This document shows, piece by piece, positions 47,151 to 56,749 of a stretch of 64,000 nt of DNA. Below the pieces are notes generated by a model. That model was given only the letters and a program-made list of their open reading frames with translations, did not search any database and was not told where the DNA came from. Positions within the stretch are counted from its first letter, which is position 1, and every line of letters starts with the position of its first letter. The translations under genes and the position numbers were made by a program. Source of the stretch: an uncultured Chloroflexia bacterium (lineage in GTDB: Bacteria; Chloroflexota; Limnocylindria; Limnocylindrales; CSP1-4); the NCBI GenBank assembly GCA_963752475.1, contig CAVVYR010000008.1:160001-224000 (forward strand). Reading direction: 5' to 3'.

Positions 47151-49300
47151 TCAGCCGCCGAGGTTCGGCCAGGTGATGGTGATCCAGCCGTCAGGACCCT
47201 CGGTCACGACGCGCTCGCCGAGTGCGGCCGCATCGGCCAGGCTCGGATCGCGTGCGATGAGCTCGAGGAACTCATCGCTGCCGACCTCGATGACAGGTGC
47301 GTCGGTGCCCTCTTCGTAGTCGTCACGCGTCCAGGTGTCGTCGACGAAGTAGTAGGAGTGCGAACCCACGACCTCGGTCGTCATGATCGTGTTGGCCCGG
47401 AACTCGGCCTCCTCGCGCATCTCACCCACGGACTTGGCTGCCTTCACCGCGGAGGCACCCGAGGCCGGCGCACTCGCGACCGCCTCGGCCTCGTCCATGG
47501 CCATCTCGAGCATGGCGTCGTCGCCGTCGGCCGCGAACAACCGTCGTGCATCGGGCTCCTCGGCCAGATAGGCGGTGTAGGGGGTCACGATGCCGAACTG
47601 GTTGGCGATCTCCACGACCTCCTCGACCAGCGTGTCACGGACGCCTTCGATGCGCAGCTCGGTCATGAGGTCGGCCACGCGGCGCTGGGCCCATAGCTGG
47701 GAGATGGCGGGATCGTCGGTGTCGCGCTCGGGGAAGAGGACGTCGTAGGCGAACGTCTCGGGTCCGTTGGCGGAGTTGCCGGTGACGGTGACGGTGGCTT
47801 CGCCGGCGCCGTCGTAGCGGCCCGCGAGCAGCGCCTGGCTTCCGGCGAAGATGCCGGGCACGCCGGCCGGAGCCATGTCGAAGGTGTCGACGCCGTCGAT
47901 GACGACCTCGATATCGGCGAGGACGGGCGTCGAGACCATCTCCCACAAGCGAGCGACCTCGGTATCGATGCGCTGCTCGGGAGTGACGTAGTGGCTGGAG
48001 CCGGTGAATTCGGTCGCCAGCGCGTCGAGCAGGACGGTGTCCACGTCGTAGCCCACGCCGAAGGCGAAGAGCTGCGTGCGCTCGGGCGCGTTGCGCTCGA
48101 CCAGCTCGAGGATGCCTTCGGCCGACTCGATGCCGACCGTGGCCAGACCGTCGGTCAGGAACACGATGGTGGCCGGGCGCTCCCCGTCGAGGAACTCCAT
48201 GGCCGTCTCGAGAGCACCGCTGATGTTGGTGTTGCCGCCGGCGCTCAGGTCGCGCACGTAGTCGATGCCTTCATCGGCATCGGAGGCGGGATGGAGCTCG
48301 TCCGCGAACGTACGGACGTAGCGGGAGAAGTCGACCACCGCGAAACGGTCGTCCGCGCCCAGGTTGTCGAGCACGTACTCGGCCGCGTCACGGGCCTGGC
48401 TCATCTTCTCGCCCTCCATCGATCCGGAGCGGTCGAGCACCAGCACCACGTCGCGCGCGACGGTCTCGTCGAGTTCGACCACGGGTGCGAAGAGAAGGTT
48501 GAAGTAGCCGTCGTCGCCCGACTCTCGGTAAGTCAGGAGGCGGGTATCGATGAGGCCTTCGCCCCCTGAGAGGTAAAGGCGGAAGTCGGTGCCGGGGGTC
48601 CAATCGTCGGCTGACTCCCAACCGACGCCGATCTCACCCTCGCCACGCCGCTCCTCGTCGAGGTCGAAGCCGGGCGCGATGGCCGAGCGGACCTCCCAAG
48701 GCACGTCGACGTCGACACTCACCATCCCGCTCGCGGGACGTGGCGACATGCGCGACCAGGGCACCTCCACGATGGCCTGCTCGCCCTCAGCCAGCAGCGG
48801 CGTGGTCACGCTGAAGCTGACCGAACGCTCTTCACCCGCAGGCACGGGGAAGGCCCGCACCTCGTACATGTCGCCCTCGAGCGAGCGCAGCAACGCGGGG
48901 TCGATGAGACGACGGACGATGTCCTCGTAGATGCGCGTGGCATCGTCGGAGTCGAGCAGCTTGCCCTCCAGGGTCTCGGGGCCACCGGAGAGCACGAGGT
49001 CGGTCACCGAGCTGCCGGCCGGGACCGGGAAGACGATGCGGCCCTCGGCGCCTGGGCCACCGCGGCCGGGCTCTGCCGGGTTCGAGAGATCGAAGCGATA
49101 GCGGGCGATGCTCACGCCATCGTTGACCTCGATGTCGGCCTCGATACCGTCGAGCTGTGCCATCTCCGTCACCGGCCACCAGCAGCCGGACAGTCGGGCG
49201 GCATCGGCGGCTCGATGATGACGTCTTGCGCGCGGCCCGCGGCCGGCAGCAGGAACAGCGCCGCCAGCGCGATGACGATGATCCGGGACAGGGAACGCAT
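47151..49300 (-). CDS. Secreted VIT + von Willebrand factor A domain protein (frameshift near 49187)
   Basis: Signal peptide MRSLSRIIVIALAALFLLPAA from ATG 49300 lies in a different frame; YEDIVRRLIDPALL (VIT); MIDAS DRSGSM...GNT...LTDG; FGIVTPYT. Confidence 0.88.
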
Positions 49301-49331
49301 GGTCGTACCTCTTTGCGGTGGGTACGGCTAT

Positions 49332-49357
49332 GACGTTGGCAGCGTCGCTGCGGTTCC
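49332..49357 (-). promoter_or_regulatory. ECF sigma-type promoter upstream of the VIT-vWA gene
   Basis: GGAAC - 17 bp - CGTC on the minus strand, about 30 bp before the ATG. Confidence 0.55.
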
Positions 49358-49358
49358 T

Positions 49359-50201
49359 TCAGCTGGTGCGCGGAGGCCCCAGGCGGATGAAATCACGTAG
49401 CTCGGCCACGCTCATGCGGCCGGGGTAGATGTGCTCGTGCCACCAGGTCACACCGGCCTCGACGTACGGAGCCAGGAGCCTGGAGTCAGCCTCGGGCTCG
49501 CCGCTGAGCAGCCCGGCATGGACGAGGTCGAACGGACCGTCGTCCTGGCGCTCGGCCTCTACGAAGGCCCTCACCTCCGACATCTCCGCGGCTGTCATCT
49601 GGTACTCGAAGCCGGCTCCGGCCTTGATGGGAAAGACGCCGTCCCAGGCGGCCGCACGACGCATGGGACGTCTGTTGGGCCAGGTACCGGCGACCCAGAT
49701 CGGGACCGCGGCCGCTGCAGCGGGCGTGGCAGGAACGGCTCCGTGACGGCATGGATGTACTCGCCCTCGAAGTCGACGGGCTCACCCGACCAGAGTCGGT
49801 CGAGCAAGGCCAGGCTCTCGTCGAGGATGCGGGCACGGATCCGCGGATCGGCCTCATCGCCGAAGGCCGCGAACTCGCGCTCGTCGTTGGCGCCCAGCCC
49901 GACGCCCAGGATGAGTCGGCCACCGGAGAGGTGGTCCAGGGCCACGGTCTCGCGAGCCAGCTTGGTCATCCGGCGGCGCGCCAGGGGCGTGACCATCGGA
50001 CCCAGGATGAGGCGCTCGGTACGGACGGCCGCGGCCGACAGGGCGATCCAGGATCGGTCACCTCGGGCTCGTGTCGGTCGCGAGGTGATCCCACAGGAAG
50101 AAGCCGTCCCAGCCTGCACCCTCCGCGGCCACAGCGACGTCCGCCAGCAGATCGGGGTCGGCATACTCCCCGAAGATCGACAGGTCCAGGCCGAAGCGCA
50201 T
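49359..50201 (-). CDS. LLM-class flavin-dependent oxidoreductase (frameshifts near 50050-50065 and 49712)
   Basis: MRFGLD..GWDGFFLWDH, LGPMVTPLARRR..KLARETV.LD.LSGGRLILGVGLG, PIWVAG.WP and RAAAWDG, across frames. Confidence 0.85.
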
Positions 50202-50270
50202 GTTGCATCCTTTGTGTTCAGGTGGATCGTTCGCTCTGCTCGAGTGTGATGCACCGGCGAAGAGCGAAGG

Positions 50271-50648
50271 TCAGGGCGCGTCCTCTCGCAGCTGGACGAA
50301 GACGCCGCGGGATGGCTCCTCGCCGACGACGCGCGTGACGTGGCCGGTGCCGCTCAGGTCCTCGAGCAGCGCGACGTCGCCGGGGCCCATGTGGCGGATC
50401 TGGCCGTCGCCGACCTCGACCTCCAAGCGGCCGCCGAGGTTGAAGTAGAGCTGCCGTCGGGGGCTGGGGTGCCAGTCGCCGAACCAGCCGGCCGGGAACT
50501 CGAAGAGCAGCGCGCGCTCCGCGGGCAACGGCGCCGAGACATCGAACGGTGGCGCGGGTGGCGCGAAGTCGGCGGGCTCGAGAGCGATGTCGATGTCCTC
50601 GAAGTGCGAGGTGCCGCCGTCATCAGCCCAGATGCGGGTGACCCTCAC
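50271..50648 (-). CDS. Cupin domain protein
   Basis: RIWAD..G.SHFED, DWHP.PRRQ, G..EVEV.DG..R...PGD..LLED..G.GH. Start is uncertain. Confidence 0.85.
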   Translation of the reverse strand: MRVTRIWADDGGTSHFEDIDIALEPADFAPPAPPFDVSAPLPAERALLFEFPAGWFGDWHPSPRRQLYFNLGGRLEVEVGDGQIRHMGPGDVALLEDLSGTGHVTRVVGEEPSRGVFVQLREDAP

Positions 50649-50655
50649 GGCAGCG

Positions 50656-51366
50656 TCATCGGCTGAAAGCGGGGTGTCCCGCGTCGAGGACCTCGGCATA
50701 GACCGTGGACGGCGCAGCGTACGAGCCCAGGAGCGCCTCCAGGTCACGGACCGCCCGGTCGATGTCGTCTGGCGCGGCGTCGTGGTGACCCTCGATGGTG
50801 ATGAGGACCTCGACCGTGTCCTCGCGTGCCGCGCTCGCCTTCGATTGGCGCCAGCACCAACGGCGCGCGCTCACGCGCTCGTCGTCGTCGCTGAAGATGA
50901 CCTCGCCCGGCTCCGGGTGGGCCGTCTGGCTCGAGCCGAGGTCGGCCCAGGCCTCCCCGCCATGGGCCAGGCGCACCGTCGTGCCGCCGCTCACGTCGCG
51001 CTGATCGAAGACCGCCACCGGCAAGGCATAGCGGATGCTGACGAGGTTGGCCAGGTCGACAAGGGCGTTGACCGAGGGCAGCTCGCCCTCCTTGGTGAGG
51101 CGCCGCAGCAAGGCCTCGGCAGCCGAGCGGTACTTGGTGGGGTTGACGCCGAAGCCGCGGAACACGCCGCGCCAGGCAGCCAGGGTCGGCAGCTCCGAGA
51201 GCGGTGTCTCACCGATGCGCTCGCGCACGGAGGCCTGCTCGGCGTGGAAGGCCGCGCTGAGCTCGGCAGGTGCGGGGCGGTTCCTTACGCCGTCTGCGTG
51301 GATGACCCCGCCGACGACATTCGGGAACCGCTCGAGGACCTCGTGGTCGTAGCCGAACCGCGCCAT
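50656..51366 (-). CDS. B3/B4 domain protein (PheRS beta-like, possible tRNA trans-editing factor)
   Basis: AWR..FR.FG..P.KYRS..EALLRR, INALVD..N.VS-like segment, GEVIF.DD and RRWCWRQ. Confidence 0.88.
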   Translation of the reverse strand: MARFGYDHEVLERFPNVVGGVIHADGVRNRPAPAELSAAFHAEQASVRERIGETPLSELPTLAAWRGVFRGFGVNPTKYRSAAEALLRRLTKEGELPSVNALVDLANLVSIRYALPVAVFDQRDVSGGTTVRLAHGGEAWADLGSSQTAHPEPGEVIFSDDDERVSARRWCWRQSKASAAREDTVEVLITIEGHHDAAPDDIDRAVRDLEALLGSYAAPSTVYAEVLDAGHPAFSR

Positions 51367-51383
51367 GCCCAGAGTCTAATGGG

Positions 51384-52720
51384 CTAGCTCGACGCCTCGC
51401 GACCCGCCACGATGTCGGTCGGGGCCTTGCCCTGCAGCGCATGAGCGGCCATCACGGCGGCGCCGAAGGCCGTCGTCTCAGGTTCGGTCACGCGAGCCAT
51501 CGGCCGCTCGTAGGCGGTGCTGCGCAACTCACGCCAGAAGGGAACGCGCGTGGGATGTCCGGCTGCGAGCACCAGCTCGTAGGGCCGCCCGGAGGCAGCT
51601 TCGAGCTTCGCGATGATGGCGGCCGAGCGCTGCGCCAACCCCTCGAGCACAGCGCGCATGACGGCCGCGCGGTCGGCGTCGTAGGGCACGGCATCGAGGC
51701 GACCAGACGCAGGTCGTCGGTGACTTCGAAGTCGATGCCACTGCTGTCCGCTCTGGCCACGGCTTCGTACATGGCCTCGTCCTCTACGCCATCGAAGAGC
51801 AGTGCCCGCCACTGCTGGAAGAAATGGCCGGAGTGGATGTTGATGTGGGCGTACCAGGTGTCGTCGTCGACATAGCAGCCCTGATCGATGCCTCTGGCAG
51901 CCTCGCCCTCGAGGGGCGCCTTCAGCAACGACAGGTGCGCCTCCGAGGTGCCCGCCGAGAGATAGAGCTCTCGCGTCGAGCGCACGCCGGCGCCGTAGGC
52001 ACCGCAGAGGTGATCGTGACCACCGCTCACGAGGGCCGTTCCCGATGGCAGGCCGAGCTGCCGCGCCAGCACGGGATCGAACTCACCGATGACGGTCCGT
52101 CCCGGGACGAGGCGTGGCCACTCCAGCTCGATGGCCGTGGCTTCGATGGTGGCCTGATTCCAGGTCCGCTCGACGATGTCGAAGGCACCGGCACGAGAGG
52201 CGTGCGACCAATCCATCACCAGGTCGGCGCCCAGGCCGTGCAGCACGTAGTCGCCCAGGTCGGTCCAGGTCACGGCACGTTCCAGCGTCTCCGGCCGCTG
52301 GTCGCGGATCCAGAGCAGCTTGAAGAGCGAGAACGTGGCGTCAGGCGGCCAGCGGCGCGTGAGCGGCAGCTCACCTCCCGGCCCACGCATGTAGGTGGCG
52401 GCCTCCGCTAGGCCACGAGGGTCGTACCAGGTGATGACGTCGTCGGTGGGCCGACCCTCGGCATCGAGCAGCACGACCTCCTCGCCGACGCTGGCGACGC
52501 AGAGCGCATCGACCGAAGCTCCGGCCGGCAACCGGCGGACGGTGGAGCCCATCAGTTCCAGCACGGTCTGGAGCACCTGCGCTGGACGATGGGCCTCGCC
52601 GGCTTCGTCGCGCAGCACCGGGGTGGGGGCGGACTCGACCGCCAGCGTTCGGCCGGTCCCGATCTCGAGCGCCAGGACCTTCGTGTGCGTGGTGCCCACG
52701 TCGATCCCCAGGGTGATCAT
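51384..52720 (-). CDS. FGGY-family carbohydrate kinase (frameshift near 51703)
   Basis: GIDVGTT.TK, ASVGE, I.WYDPR, GGHDH and SAGTSE; the C-terminal RAVLEG...E.TAFGAA lies in another frame. Confidence 0.85.
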
Positions 52721-53667
52721 CGGTCGGATACCTGCTCGACGCGGACGCGAGCCCGCCAGGCCTCAAGCTCGAAGTCGGGTGGCAGCTCGGGGGGCAGATG
52801 CGTGGCACCGGACGTGCCGCAGGCGACACCGAGCGCGATCGCGTCACGCGGGGCGAGCCCTTCCTCGATGCCCACGACCAGGCCGGCCAGGAAGAGATCC
52901 CCGGAGCCGGTCGGGTTGACCTCCTCGATCTGGGGCGCGACGGCATGCACGACGCCGTCGCCATCAGCCAGCAACGCACCCTCCGCGCCCATGGTCACGA
53001 CCACGACCTCGATCCCGTGCTCACGGATGCGCTGCATCTCGGCGCCCAGCTCGACGATACCCATCGGTGCGTCGGGATCGGCGGCACCCAACAGCTCCAG
53101 CAGCTCGCGGCGGTTGCACTTGAGCATCCATGGCCGGCTGGCGAAGGCCACGCGCAGGGCCTCGCTATGGATGTCGACGACCGTGCGCGATCCGGCTGTG
53201 CGGCCGATCTCGAGGATCTCGGCCACGACGCTGGCGGGCACGCTGTCGGGCAGGCTGCCAGAGATGACGAGCAGGTCGTCCTCGGCAGCGTCGGCCAGGA
53301 TGTCATCGAGGAGGCGGCCGATCTCGGCTTCTGTCACGGCCGGGCCGGGCTCGTTGAGCACGGTCGTCCGTTCGGCATCGGGCTCGACGATGACGAAGCA
53401 GACGCGGGTGCCGGCAGCGATGGTCGTATGGCGATCCTCGACCCCATCGGCGGCGATGAAACCGCGCAGCGACTCACCCACGTCGCCACCGAGGAACCCA
53501 TAGGCCGCGGCCGACGCTCCCAGGCGCAAGGCGGCCCGGGCCACGTTGAAGCCCTTGCCGCCGGGGACCACCGAGACCTGCACCGCCCGGTTGACCGCGC
53601 CCAGTCGGAGCGGCGGCCAGGTCGAGATGCGGTCCATGGCCGGGTTGGCGCCGACGACGCGAATCAT
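52717..53667 (-). CDS. PfkB family hexose-phosphate kinase (1-phosphofructokinase/tagatose-6-P kinase type)
   Basis: NPAMD, GGKGFNVAR, NEPGP, SGSLP, K.NRREL and NPTGSGD. Confidence 0.9.
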   Translation of the reverse strand: MIRVVGANPAMDRISTWPPLRLGAVNRAVQVSVVPGGKGFNVARAALRLGASAAAYGFLGGDVGESLRGFIAADGVEDRHTTIAAGTRVCFVIVEPDAERTTVLNEPGPAVTEAEIGRLLDDILADAAEDDLLVISGSLPDSVPASVVAEILEIGRTAGSRTVVDIHSEALRVAFASRPWMLKCNRRELLELLGAADPDAPMGIVELGAEMQRIREHGIEVVVVTMGAEGALLADGDGVVHAVAPQIEEVNPTGSGDLFLAGLVVGIEEGLAPRDAIALGVACGTSGATHLPPELPPDFELEAWRARVRVEQVSDR

Positions 53668-54095
53668 GGTCCGGGCTCCCAGTCGGGCTCGGCCAGCTCG
53701 AAGCCGGTGAAGTCGAAGCCCGGCGAAACGGTGCAGCCCACGAGCGTCCAGGCCCCGAGGGGCTCGGCCGTCTGCCAGTCTCCCGCGGGCACGACGAGCT
53801 GTGGTCGATGATCGGCACCCAGATCAGGCCCGAGGATGTGGCGCTCAGCAGGTGCATCGCCGGACCCCGACGCGATCGAGAGCGCAAGGGGGTCACCCGC
53901 GTAGTAGTGCCAGACCTCGGCCGCATCGACACGGTGCCAGTGGGAACGCTCACCGGCGCGCAGGAGGTAGTAGATGGCCGTGCCCGCTGGCCGCTCCCCT
54001 GCCCCTGCTTCGGCTCGCCAAGTCTCAGCGTAGTGCCCGCCCTCGGGGTGTGGTCGGAGCCCCAGCTCGGTGATGATCTCGTGGGGGTCTCGCAT
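53664..54095 (-). CDS. Cupin_5 (DUF985) family protein
   Basis: L.PHPEGG.Y.ET, TAIYYLL, SHWHRV...E.WH.Y.G and LVGCTVSPGFDF..FE. Confidence 0.92.
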   Translation of the reverse strand: MRDPHEIITELGLRPHPEGGHYAETWRAEAGAGERPAGTAIYYLLRAGERSHWHRVDAAEVWHYYAGDPLALSIASGSGDAPAERHILGPDLGADHRPQLVVPAGDWQTAEPLGAWTLVGCTVSPGFDFTGFELAEPDWEPGP

Positions 54096-54147
54096 GGACC
54101 AAGCCTAGCCCGATGGGCTGGACACGGCGTGTAGTGTGAGTCGGCCC

Positions 54148-55455
54148 ATGACGAGTCCCCCCGCCAACGGACACACCGCCGGCCAGATCCAGCGTGTCTA
54201 CCTGCTGCTCACGCTGCTGACCACGCTGGCCGCCTCGTTCATCTGGGGCGTCAACACGCTCTTCCTGCTCGATGCCGGGCTCAGCAACACCGAGGCCTTC
54301 GCAGCCAACGCCTTCTTCAGCGTCGGCATGGTCATCTTCGAGGTCCCGACCGGCGTCATCGCCGACACCCGCGGCCGGCGCCTCTCGTTCATGCTCGGTG
54401 CCGGCACGCTGCTGCTCTCGACGCTGCTGTACCTCGTGATGTGGCAGGTCTCGGCGCCGTTCGTGGGCTGGGCGCTGGCCTCGATCCTGCTCGGCCTCGG
54501 CTTCACCTTCTTCAGCGGCGCGACGGAGGCCTGGCTGGTAGACGCGCTCGGCGCGACGGGCTTCAAGGGCAACCTCGAGACGGTCTTCGGCCGTGGCCAG
54601 ACGATCGCCGGTGTGGCCATGCTGAGCGGCTCGGTGCTCGGTGGCGTGGTGGCCCAGATGAGCAACCTCGGCGTGCCCTACGTGTTGCGCGCGATCTTGC
54701 TCGGCGTAGCGCTGCTGGCCGCGTTCTGGTTCATGCGCGACCTGGGCTTCAAGCCCAAGACCGACGTGAGCACGCGGGAAGCGCTGGGCGACATCACGCG
54801 CGGCTCCATCGACGGCGGGCTGCGCAATCGGCCCGTGCGCTGGATGATGCTGGCCGCGCCGTTCACCGGCGGCATCGGCATCTATGCGTTCTACGCCATG
54901 CAGCCCTACCTGCTCGAGCTCTACGGCGACCCTAACGCCTACTCCATCGCTGGCCTGGCTGCGGCCATCGTGGCCGGTGCCCAGATCGTGGGCGGCCTGT
55001 CGGTACCCATCGCGCGGCGCTTCTTCAACTTGCGCACGAACGCCATCTTCCTGGCGGTGGCGCTGGAGTCGATCATCCTCGTGGCCATCGCCGTCGTCGG
55101 CTTCAACATGGACGACATGGGCATGACCGCCTTCTACCTGGCCATCGCGCTGCTCGTGGCCTGGGCCCTGGTAGCCGCCATCGCGGGACCGATCCGCCAA
55201 GCCTTCCTCAACGGCGTCATCCCCTCCGAGCAGCGCGCGACGGTGCTCTCGTTCGACTCCCTGATGAGCTCGCTCGGCGGCGTCGTGGCGCAGCCTGCTC
55301 TGGGACGCGTGGCCGACATGTCCGGCTACGCGGCGTCGTACATGGTCTCCGGTGCGGTCAGCGCGCTGGCGCTGCCGTTCATCTTCATGGCCAAGCGCGA
55401 GGGGGCTCCGTCCGACCCCATCGACGTCCTGGAACCCACCTCCTCGGAGGGCTGA
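54148..55455 (+). CDS. MFS transporter
   Basis: FEVPTG.IAD..GRR, FFSGA.EAW..D and IPS..RATVLS; about 12 TM. Start is 54136 or 54148. Confidence 0.9.
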   Translation: MTSPPANGHTAGQIQRVYLLLTLLTTLAASFIWGVNTLFLLDAGLSNTEAFAANAFFSVGMVIFEVPTGVIADTRGRRLSFMLGAGTLLLSTLLYLVMWQVSAPFVGWALASILLGLGFTFFSGATEAWLVDALGATGFKGNLETVFGRGQTIAGVAMLSGSVLGGVVAQMSNLGVPYVLRAILLGVALLAAFWFMRDLGFKPKTDVSTREALGDITRGSIDGGLRNRPVRWMMLAAPFTGGIGIYAFYAMQPYLLELYGDPNAYSIAGLAAAIVAGAQIVGGLSVPIARRFFNLRTNAIFLAVALESIILVAIAVVGFNMDDMGMTAFYLAIALLVAWALVAAIAGPIRQAFLNGVIPSEQRATVLSFDSLMSSLGGVVAQPALGRVADMSGYAASYMVSGAVSALALPFIFMAKREGAPSDPIDVLEPTSSEG

Positions 55456-55467
55456 GCCCGCGGCCGG

Positions 55468-55833
55468 TCAGGGCGTGTTGGGATGCTTCTCGGCCGCTTC
55501 ACGAACGTAGGCGGTGACAAGCTCGGCGTCCACATCCTGGGCTCTCTGGTAGTCCGCCTGAGCGGCGGTGCTGGTGCCGACACGCAGGATTCCGGCGGGG
55601 TCATCCAGCTCCGTGCCGTAGAGGAAGCGCAGGTTGACCGTCGCCTTGGAGACACCGATAGCCACGACCCACTCGTGCCATCGCTGTGCGAACGTGTAGA
55701 CGAGCATCTTGTAGGTGAGCTTGCAGTCGAGGTCGATACCGGCAGCATCGATGGCGGCGGCGAGGGCACGGACGGTCCCGCGTGCATCCTCACGTACGGT
55801 CGGCAGATAGGCTTCGAGCAGGGTTTCAGCCAT
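55468..55833 (-). CDS. DUF1801-like small protein
   Basis: V.L.FL.G.EL.DP.G.L..G pattern; overlaps the stop of the PNP-like gene. Confidence 0.7.
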   Translation of the reverse strand: MAETLLEAYLPTVREDARGTVRALAAAIDAAGIDLDCKLTYKMLVYTFAQRWHEWVVAIGVSKATVNLRFLYGTELDDPAGILRVGTSTAAQADYQRAQDVDAELVTAYVREAAEKHPNTP

Positions 55834-56650
55834 CGGCCAGCACCGGGATGGCGGCACGCAGGATGGTGCGGTAGTCAGCGTGCGCTCGGTGGGTCATGTC
55901 CAGCACGGGACCAAGATCGATGGGCGGCCCGATACCGGCCGACATCGTCGAGACGAACGTGAAGGCCACGACCCTCATGCCCGCGTGGTAGCCGGCCATG
56001 ACCTCCGGCAGGAACGAGTTCGAGGAGATGGAGCAGCCGGCCATCTGCGCCAGGCGGATCTCGGCCGGTGTCTCGAAGCTGGGGCCGGTCCAGTAGCCGG
56101 CGACGCCGGTAGGAAGGCGCACGCCGGCAGCCTCGACCGCGGCGACCACACGGCTCGTTAGCCTTGCTTCGTAGAGTTCGGCCATCGAGACGTAGGGCGT
56201 GTCCCATCCCTGGCCGTAGCGCTCGACCGACAGCGGGTTGAAGCCACTGAAGTTGATGTGGTCGGTGAAGGCCAGGAACGAGCCCGGGGTCACGTCCTCC
56301 CGCATCGAGCCGGAGTTGGCCGAGTAGAGCAGCGTGCGACAGCCGGCACGGGCCAGCGCGCGCGCGGGCAGGCCGCTCTCCTGCCAGGTGGCGTCGTCGC
56401 AGGGCAGGACCTTGGCCTTGACAGCGGCGACGGTCACACCGTCCAGCTCGCCGACATCGACCTCGTTGACGTGGTCGGGGATTGCGCTGGGGCGGAAGCC
56501 CAGATCCGCGAAGGGGATCGTCACGCGACCCTCGAGGATGTCGGTGCAGGGGGCGAAGCCGGTGCCGCAGATGACGCCGACCGCCGGTGCACGTCCAGCA
56601 CGCTCGCAGATGGTGGCGGCTGCCTCGTCGGCAGCGGCTCGAGTGTCCAT
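55826..56650 (-). CDS. Purine nucleoside phosphorylase (trimeric PNP family) homolog with a divergent active site
   Basis: ICGTG, DHIN...NPL, GPSFETPAE and PE...H.GMRV are conserved; the GRxHxYE, GMS and TN motifs are substituted. Confidence 0.85.
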   Translation of the reverse strand: MDTRAAADEAAATICERAGRAPAVGVICGTGFAPCTDILEGRVTIPFADLGFRPSAIPDHVNEVDVGELDGVTVAAVKAKVLPCDDATWQESGLPARALARAGCRTLLYSANSGSMREDVTPGSFLAFTDHINFSGFNPLSVERYGQGWDTPYVSMAELYEARLTSRVVAAVEAAGVRLPTGVAGYWTGPSFETPAEIRLAQMAGCSISSNSFLPEVMAGYHAGMRVVAFTFVSTMSAGIGPPIDLGPVLDMTHRAHADYRTILRAAIPVLADG

Positions 56651-56749
56651 GGCTTCAGCATAGGGCCCGCGAGGCCCACCCGATCACCTTGCCGCTGCAC
56701 CTGCCGCGAACGTAGACTCGGAGTGGCTACGCGTGTACGGAGGTTCGTC

